From positions 31,744,001 to 31,808,000 of the forward strand of contig NC_043003.1 of NCBI RefSeq assembly GCF_006345805.1: 64,000 bases of DNA, written 5' to 3'. The notes below the pieces were generated by a model, which made no database searches, had not been told where the DNA came from, and saw only the letters and a list, made by a program, of their open reading frames with translations. This DNA comes from Octopus sinensis (taxonomy: Eukaryota). Of this stretch, positions 55,321 through 64,000 are shown piece after piece (the stretch's first letter is position 1; the number at the start of each line of letters is the position of its first letter). Position numbers and translations under genes: made by a program.

Positions 55321-55929
55321 GTAAGCTGTCTTTGAGAATGACGTTATGAAATTCACTAAACGTTGATAAACAAAGTAGATCGGGTAATACTGGAGAAAGT
55401 CATATCCGTGTTACTTTACATCTGAACGGCAGTGTATTTGGGCCTGATAATAAATAAATCAATATTCGACGAAGGAAGTAGTTATGTCTTTAAAAGCATC
55501 TCATGTATTTTTCAATTCATTGAATCTAAAATGGTTATCATTAGCAGCTGTTAGTGACAGATTTTTATTCATTATTTAATAATGAATTCAGTATTCTGTG
55601 GTATCTTATACACACACTCATAAAAAATAATTTGTGCGCATGTGTGAGTGTATGTGTGTGTACAAAGCCAAAGTATTTTGGTCATAGAGATTTGAATCTT
55701 TTTTCATCCGTACCTGATAAGATCTTTGGTTGTTGGCATCAACGAAATTTTAAAGTTGCGCAATAGACACGCACACACACGTACACACACAGAGACACAC
55801 ATACACACACGCATATACTTTTTGTATTTTATTTCGATGTGCTTCGCAGTATTATTATTTTCAATAGCCATTCTCTTAGCTTCTGGTGAAGGAGAATGTT
55901 TGATATTGCTGTCCTGTTTACTGCTACTT

Positions 55930-57150
55930 GCCCTGATGTAGGTTCCTCTTGGACTTTGAGCAGTAGATCACATTCTTTCTGCAAAATATCTACAAGTACT
56001 GCATGTAGATCTCACAGAAGTTTAGCAAAGATATGAAATAGTTGTAGACTCTGAAACCCGATCTATTTCAATACTTCGTCCTCACTTTAGGCTGGATGGA
56101 CGAGACCTTTGTAACAGTTCAGTGAGGTCCAGTTCAGGGGCTGGTACATTTTCTGATGCAAAAGTTTGGCGCCAACCCTTCTAAGATCTTGCATATATAT
56201 GTCACTACATATCTAGCCCATCTTCTCTCCAGAGAGTAGAGTCTTAAGTTTTACAGTTTTTCTCAGAAGCTCAGCTGTTCCTGTGTTGCAATCTTCCAGC
56301 TGTAGTACGGCTGAACTGACTTAAGTTCTGTTATTAATTTATCACTATAAGATTACTACAGTTAAATGCAGTCTAGACAGCTGAGGATAAATGGCATCCA
56401 AGGAAGCAGCATAATATCCCTGCCCTTTTGCTCAGCACATTGCCATTATCTTGGTAATCTGTACATGAAACAAGGTGTCATTACTTATATTAATATCGAG
56501 ATCATAAACTATACTTGTTGGAGATTTCCACTCATTTTGTTCCAAATATATCTATTGCAGCAAGTTAGCGTAAGCTTGTTGACAGCAGAGGGCTTCGATT
56601 TCTCTGCATTAAATTGCATCTTGTTTTCTTCTTCTCATTTGTATATATAGCACCTAGGTATTGCTGTAGAATATTAGCACCGAAGGGTACATTGGCCGAC
56701 TGTACTGCTTTTGTATCGTCGGCATAGTATGTAAGTGTGACTGTCTTATAATTATTTGCATGTCCAAAAAAGCTACCATAAAGAGCAACGAAGCCAAGAT
56801 ATCACTGTCTCCTTGCAGAGAGCCTTAATGGCTGCCATAACCTCTGTCTTTGAAGAAGTTTTTTAAAACTACTCCGCCAGCTTTCCTACTAAACCGAGGT
56901 CCCGTAGCTTGAGACATATTTTCCCCTGCTCAACCTTATCAAAGGCGTTTGCAAATGTTTCGCATTTCTACGTTTGAGCGATTCATTAGTTGTAGAAAAA
57001 TTCAGTCACAATGCTGCAGAAGTCATGTAAGGCAGGGTGTCATGGAGCAAGTTATCATGATTAGCTCCCTCTTGACTATATGTTCCATGACATGGCTTAC
57101 ATGGTAGTTTAGAGAAACATGTCAATAATTTTTAGCATCCGGTAGGCTCC
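55930..57150 (-). mobile_element. CR1/L2-group LINE relic (RT to C-terminus)
   Basis: FANAFDKVEQG, SLLFMVAF, YADDTK (YADD at 56715-56726), LYSLERRWARY and DLHAVLVD..EEPT. Confidence 0.8.
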
Positions 57151-57164
57151 CTACTTTATTTATG

Positions 57165-57262
57165 TACACACACACACACACACACACACCCACGCACACA
57201 CACACACACACACACATACACACACACACACACATACACACACACACACACACAACACACAC
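57165..57262. repeat. (CA)n microsatellite
   Basis: Directly visible. Confidence 0.95.
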
Positions 57263-58029
57263 ATGTTGATTTAATATAATCTGTGTAATAACCTCTTAAC
57301 GTGCATTTGAAACCTTCTATACTATTATTGGCTACGATGTGCCATTATTCAGCAGGGTACGATGTTAGTTTATGCAGAATTTACATTAAAACAAAGAATA
57401 TGGGATTCCCATTGGTGTGCGGGACACTCACCAGTTAAAGCCCTACTGCACAGCTGCTGCTGAATATATGTAATTATTTACATAATAATTCATAAAATAG
57501 CAGGGTATAGAAACTCAGCAATTTTCAGCCGTGATGATTGGACAAAAGCAATCGTTGCGATTTGTATAAAAATTAAAGACTGTTAGTTCAACCTTCTTGT
57601 TTTATAAGTTTTATATATATATATTTAAAAATGTGTAGAGGTAACACACGAGTAAGTAGATATTTATGAAAAATTAGAACGAAAATGCTACTTTCTTAAA
57701 ACTTTCTTCAAAGAAATTTTCCTTTAAATAAATACATTAAAAGATGAATGTTTTGGTTTTGTTTTAGATGATTCGGTTTTTGAAAAGCCATATCAAAAAT
57801 ATGTACTAAAATGGAATATGCAAAGAGAAAAAAGAGCTATTAATAAAATTAACATTCGTAGTCTACATACATTTTTTCGGCAAGAAACGTGGTGATTTGC
57901 GTTAATTCTCGTGGCAGGACAAGTGGATCTGTCTGTGACTGCAAATTACTACTGATTTGGTAAAATAAATATTGTGATGACCTTTTTTTCTATAGGAGTG
58001 GCTGCAGTAGTCGAATAACTAGCAGCAAT

Positions 58030-58560
58030 AATGATAATAGTATTCGTTGTGGTGAAGTTGTTCCCACTGGGCTTTTAATAGAAATTGGGTTCTTCCACCT
58101 TTGTCTTTATTTCTTATGAATAACTTCCATATGTACATGGCTGAGAGATATTTTCCTGCATTCCTGAACCCTAATTTGAGATTTGTTCACCGCCATCCTC
58201 TGACGTAGACTGTTGTTTTGTGTGTCCAATATATTGCCGTTTGCATCCCGAGCATGTAATTAAGCCAATCAAGTTCTCCGATGCACATGTAAAATTAGTT
58301 TTCATAGTGAAATTATGGCCCTATTCTAAACGGTATTCTGATGATTCTATTATGTTGATACAGATCCCACAGTTGGGTCTCACCCATTATTTTACTGTCG
58401 GCTTAGTGGTTATTGTTGAGTGTAGTTTGGCTTGGGTTCAAATCTTTTTCATTGATTTTGATTGTGTCTTACTTTTGATGATTGTTTGTGTTTTGAGGAT
58501 GATTTGATTCATCTTTGAGTCTCACATGAGTAGAGTTGTGCTGTGGAGTATAGTGTTGGA
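58030..58560 (-). mobile_element. Penelope-like GIY-YIG endonuclease fragment
   Basis: RPNCGIC..FTMKTNFTCASENLIGLITCSGCKRQYIGHT..RQRMAV..QIR. Confidence 0.75.
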
Positions 58561-58629
58561 GGCCTCACTGCTATGTGGGTTGTGTGTGTGAATGTAAGGC
58601 AGGGTTTTCAATTTTTCTTTCTTCTTTCG

Positions 58630-58698
<69 letters not shown>

Positions 58699-58846
58699 GA
58701 TATACGTTATATGATGTATAAAGACATGTAATATTCAAATATATATCTGTAAATATAAAACCATCCGAATTTCTGAGTACCGAATTTCTTCTAATACAAA
58801 ATACCTGTACATCATCTCCAAACTTTCTAATATATATGTATATATG

Positions 58847-58954
<108 letters not shown>

Positions 58955-58964
58955 CAGACACATA

Positions 58965-59570
58965 CGCGCGATGTGGTACACCAAAGAAACTGTAATTTTG
59001 CAATATTATTTTATTCACATAATTTTAATATGATTATACTTTATCGTCTTCGGAGTAGTCATCATTTGAATAAATGGCTTGTTCGAAGGAATCCTGGTAG
59101 TCTAGTGTAGTGGTGACTTTTAATATCATTATTTCTTCACCTCTTTCACATCTTTAAAACGTTTTCCTTTAACGACTTTTTTCATTCGGAGGAACAAAAT
59201 ACGTTGCAGAGAGCAAGATGGGGGTGAATAAGGAGGGTGAGTAAACGGGTTTGTGCCATTGTAGCAATAACCATTTTAGCCATTTTGAAACGTGGCGCGA
59301 ATTGGCAATATGACGTAATGTCTTTGCTGAAGAACTATCATTTTCGTTTTTTTCCCATTGGTTAATATAACTGCTCATATAAAGATTCCAGAAGTTTCGA
59401 AAAGAATGTTTGTCCTGAATTTCGATTCTTTTTGGTCAGGTTGAGCAGTTATAAAAACCCTAGATTTGGGGAGAGACTTTAGTGTTCGTTGGTGTCACAT
59501 AACTCCACGTCACTCACTCTTTTGGAGGCATCGGTAAAATTTATGCCATGTCCGAGTTAATCACAAATCT
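58965..59570 (-). mobile_element. Mariner relic, 3' part
   Basis: Minus strand contains TCACCCTCCTTATTCACCCCCATCTTGCTCTCTGCAAC (a frameshifted HPPYSPDLAPC) and KKSLKGKRFKDVKEVKK. Confidence 0.7.
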
Positions 59571-59845
59571 ATTTTGATTTGTTGGTTAACGTATTAGATA
59601 GAAAGAAGAAATTAGCTAAGGAAATTATAGTCGTTTTTTCTCCACAACGAAGTTATCTTTCTTACTGTAAAAAAATATAAAATGTTATATTTCTATAATA
59701 AAAAATAATTAAAAAGAAAATGTTTCTCTTCACGTTTGTTTTTCAACTGAGCATAGATAAATATGCATTTCTGTAATCTTTGATTTATGTTTCTTATAGC
59801 GGTTTAAAGGACACGATTAAAATATTCAACATACATGGTCGTTGA

Positions 59846-60020
59846 TGTAGCGTTCCATGCGTATATGTCTCTATGACGTTATAACTGCAGTGAGGGTTTT
59901 ATATATAATGATAACACTTCAGTATAAGTGACGTTGAATCGTTATATTTTCCCTTACTCAGAGAAAAGCCTAAATAAATAATATAACCTAAGAGAAAGCT
60001 TAAGGTAGAATAACCGAAAA
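59846..60020 (+). repeat. Putative 5' LTR (boundaries uncertain)
   Basis: TGTAG start, TATA-like TATATAA and AATAAA immediately upstream of the PBS. No canonical CA end is seen and the 3' LTR is outside the window. Confidence 0.35.
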
Positions 60021-60021
60021 G

Positions 60022-60034
60022 TGGTGACCCCGAC
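60022..60034 (+). promoter_or_regulatory. Primer-binding site complementary to tRNA-Trp 3' end
   Basis: TGGTGACCCCGAC is the reverse complement of the eukaryotic tRNA-Trp 3' end (..GUCGGGGUCACCA). Confidence 0.85.
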
Positions 60035-60387
60035 TAAAACAGCCATAGGAAAACCCGACGTGATAGCCTATAGGAAAACCTATAGAAATAAATTTTTTAA
60101 ATAAAAAAAAAATTATAAACACCGACAAACTGGTGGAAAAATTAATAATCTAATAAACATAAATTACAGAATTATTGCATAAATACTTTATTAACAAATA
60201 GTTAGAAGTAAGTTGAAACAAGAACGCTGAAGAAGAAACTTTAGAAAGAAAATTTTAGCTGCACTTTCTAGCAATATGAAAATTATATTTTGAGCTGTTA
60301 AAAGCTTAATAACATAACGAAAAAAAAAATGTTTCCTTTGAGAAAATATTCATACATATAATGGAGCAGAATTTAAAATAATTTGAG

Positions 60388-61188
60388 ATGTCATATTTCG
60401 ATAGAAATTACACACAAGCTTCTGTTAATGTATTGCCTAGTCACCCGTGGACTGGAGACACCGTAATTTAGTTGGCACAACTGGAGGCAAGCTTTAAAGC
60501 TAACAAATTTACAAGTGAAGAACAGAAATACAATATAATGCTCAGCAATTTACCTCCACCTCTAAGTAATGAAATTAGAGATTTGCTACTAAACCCTATA
60601 GAACCAGTTTCTTATTGTTCCATTAAAGAAGAAATATTGAAACGAGCATCAAATTCGAAACAAAAAGAATTTGCGAAGTTATTCAACAATGAAGAGTTGG
60701 GTAATAAAAAAACCCACACAACTTCTGCGAAGGATGAATGAACTTCTGAGAAATCAGCAGATAGAATAATCTTATCTCAAAGAAGTGTTTTTCAGTAAAT
60801 TGCCATATAAAACTCAAACTTTGCTTTCGGCCGTTAAAAGCCAAAACTCCATTGGCAGATTTAGCAGACGGTATTCTGGAATTATCGTCCAAAGAGACTG
60901 TAAGTGCAATTCCATCTATTTCGAATGAAATACAGGAATTAAAAAATTGTTATGAAAAACAATTTGAATTATTAACAAAAAAAATAGAGAGTTTGCAACA
61001 CGAAAGAAATAGCCGCTCAGCTCAATGAAAGAATACAAGATGGCGCAGGAGATTAAGGAGCCCTAGTTTAAAAAGAAACGCCATATGTTGGTACCATACA
61101 AAATTTGGAAACAAATCATTCAAATGTATTAAACCTTGTGCATTTGATTTCCTAAACAAAAAAAAAGGAAAATTCGGGAAACTTCTGA
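60388..61188 (+). pseudogene. gag: Gag (disrupted by stops and +1 frameshifts)
   Basis: [64 protein letters not shown]. Stops at 60469, 60767 and 61026. Confidence 0.85.
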
Positions 61189-64000
61189 ACCACAGATTGG
61201 ATGCGACGAAATCTGTGGATAACATCATAAAAAGTCGCGTATTTTTCGTCTATGACTTAAACTCAAAAGAAAGGTTTTTAGTTGATACAGGAGCAGCTTG
61301 TTCAATTTGGTCTGTAAAGCTTTTAAAACAAAAAACCAAACCTGTATATTTGACTCTTCAAGCAGTTAATCAATCTGAAATCCAAACATTTGAAGAGATT
61401 GGCTTAACTCTAGATATAAATTTAAGAAGAGAATATAAATGGATCTTCATAGTAGCAGATTTACCATATCCAATATTAGGAGGGGATTGTTTGGCACACT
61501 ACCATTTAATGGTAGATGTTAAAAAACAAAAATTGATAGACACAGAAACTTCATTAAAAATTCAAGGAATGAGATGCAGAAAAAGCACAGTTAGTCCATT
61601 GTATTTCATAGCGTCCTCGGAAAATAGATATCACAGGATTTTGAAGAATTATCCGAATATCACGAAACAATTAGCTCTAAATACCAAGTGTGTGCATTCG
61701 GTAGAACATCACATCGTCACACAAGGACCACCAAGTTTTTCTAAGCCGAGAAGATTATCTCCTGAAAACTTGAAGGCAGAATTTCGGCATATGATGGATC
61801 TAGGTATAATCCGTCCTTCCAGTAGTAGCTGGTCAACACCATTAGTTATGGTAAAGAAAAATCTTATAGACTGGCGACCTTGTGGAGACTTCAGGCAACT
61901 TAATGCAAAAACAAAAGCAGACAAATATCCGATACCCCACATTATGGACTTTGCAACATCTTTGAGTGGTTGTACTATTTTTTCAAAAATTGATTTAGTC
62001 AGAGCATACAATCAAATTCCTGTTGCAGAAAATGATATACCGACGACAACGATTACCACTCCATTTGGTTTATTTGAATTTCTTCGCATGCCTTTCGGAT
62101 TGAGGAACGCAGCAAACACTTTCCAAAGATTTATGGACGAAGTAACAAGAAATTTACCTTACGTATTTGCTTATATAGATGATATTCTCATTGCTAGTCC
62201 ATCAGAAGAAGCAAATGAAGAACATTTAAAGAAATTTTCGAAAGATTGACGAATTTTGGCATTGTGATAAATCCATCAAAGTGTGTTTTTGGTGAACCCA
62301 CTATATCTTTTCTGGATCATCTTATAGATAAAGATGAAATTCGACCATTACCAGAAAAATTGAAGCAATAAAAAACTTTCCTGTACCGAAGACTTTAAAG
62401 AAACTCAGAGAATTTTTAGGGATAGTTAATTTTTACAGAAAGTTTATTCCTAAAGTCACTGAAACCCTATATCCCTTAACTGAGCTATTAAAAAATAGAA
62501 AGAAAAAAAATGAAGCCATAACTTTAAAAGAAACAGAATTACAAGCTTTTAGAAAAATTAAAGAGAAACTGTGTAAACCAACACTTTTAAACCATCAGGT
62601 TCCTGAAGCAAAATTATCATTGATAGTTGATGTTTCCGATGTTTGAATCGGTGGCGTTCTACAGCAATTTCATTGTAATTCCTGGCAACCATTAGCATTT
62701 TTTTCAAAAAAATTCAAAGCACCAGAAACTAAATACAGTGTGTACGGCAGAGAATTGTTGGCAGCTTATTTGTCAATTAAACACTTCAGACATCTTCTTG
62801 AAGGTAGGTCATTTACTTTATTCACTGACCATAAACCATTAACATATGCGTTAAAAAGTTCTTCGGAGAAGTATTCTCCTAGAGAAATTAGACACCTTGA
62901 TTTTATTTCACAATTTACTGCGGATATACGTTATATCAAGGGTGTTGAAAATTCAGCAGCAGATGCACTTTCTAGAATGAATGTAGATGCATTAAACTCA
63001 TTAAACACTATAAATTTGAAACAAATGTCTAAGGATCAAATTGCAGATAAAGAACTTTCTTTATATAAAAATTCCAATTCAACTTCTTTAAAATTTAAAA
63101 TGTTGCTGATCCATTCGTGTAATTCACATATTTGGTGTGATATTTCTACAGGTTTTTCGAGACCATTTGAGCCTGAAAAGCATAGAAAAAAAGTTTTTTC
63201 TAGCTTACATAATTTATCTCATCCAGGTATAAAAGCTTCATTGAAGTTGATATCAAGTCGTTTTGTTTGGCTTGGTATGAATAAAGATATTCGTTCTTGG
63301 GTAACGTCATGTATGAAATGTCAAAAATCAAAAGTACAGCGTCATATCAAAGCACCATTAGGCACATTTGCAAATCCAGATGCGAGATTCCAACATATCC
63401 ACATCGATATAGTTGGACCATTAACTCCATGTGAGGATAATATGTATTTGTTGACGTGTATCGATCGCTTTTCGAGATGGCCGGAGGCTTATCCGATAAA
63501 AGACGTATCTGCAGTAACTATAGCCAAAACCTTATTTACCAATTGGATGTCTAGATTTGGCATAGCAAACACAGTGACAACAGATCGTGATAGACAATTT
63601 GAGTCTAGCCTGTTCGCAGAATTCAATAAATTTTTGGGGATTAATAGAATTCGTACAACTTCATACCACCCACAATCTAACGGAATGATAGAAAGGTTCC
63701 ATAGGCAGTTGAAATCTTCATTAAGAACTTATGATACTAACAGTTGGTTAGAAGCCTTACCAGTCGTATTATTAGGAATTAGAACTGCTGTTAAAGAAAA
63801 TATACAATATTCTACTGCTGAACTTTTGTACGGAACAACATTAACTCTACCTGGTCAAATATTCGAAGAAACCAATTCTTTTAATGGAGATGATAATGAT
63901 TATGTAACTCGTCTTAAGAGATTTCTTACTGATATTCCTTCTTTTACAAGAAAATTGCAAAATGTTAAAAGCTTTGTTCCTTCTGATATAAATTCTTGGA
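61176..64000 (+). pseudogene. pol: Pol (PR-RT-RNaseH-IN), frameshifted, 3'-incomplete
   Basis: ORF 61197-62249 covers PR and RT. There are -1 shifts near 62229 and 62357 and a TGA at 62644. The frame then appears open through RH (ELLAAYLSIKHFRHLLEG, TDHKPL) and IN (HNLSHPG..CMKCQ, HIDIVGP, TTDRDRQF, NGMIERFH) to the window end. Confidence 0.92.

Larger units (their letters stand above)
59846..64000 (+). mobile_element. Ty3/Gypsy LTR retrotransposon, CsRn1-type lineage, running off the window
   Basis: tRNA-Trp PBS; Gag with CHCC motif CWYH-X9-C-X3-C; PR LVDTGA; RT YIDD; RNase H; integrase HHCC and DDE in Gypsy order. Confidence 0.95.

Overview
AT-rich eukaryotic non-genic DNA, saturated with microsatellites ((TA)n, (CA)n, (TACA)n, (AAT)n, (GAA)n) and decayed transposons. 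The SINE types and microsatellite density suggest an octopus (cephalopod) genome; this is inference, not a database result. I recognise no host protein-coding exon, rRNA, true tRNA or CRISPR array, and most listed ORFs are microsatellite translations. Recognisable content: (i) a fairly young but disrupted Ty3/Gypsy LTR retrotransposon of CsRn1 type, with a tRNA-Trp PBS, CHCC Gag and PR-RT-RH-IN, from about 59.8 kb to the window end; (ii) four Penelope-like element (PLE) relics of apparently different types, with several hammerhead-ribozyme motifs, one of which has an intact core; (iii) three R4/Dong-type RLE LINE relics, two abutting (AAT)n tracts; (iv) CR1/L2-group and RTE LINE fragments; (v) about nine Tc1/mariner relics and a MITE; (vi) a non-autonomous Helitron; (vii) several tRNA-derived SINEs. 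The most interesting local structure is at 21.0-21.7 kb: two convergent hammerhead motifs followed by a 60-bp zero-spacer palindrome. Element boundaries are read by eye and are approximate unless a TIR or TSD is quoted.
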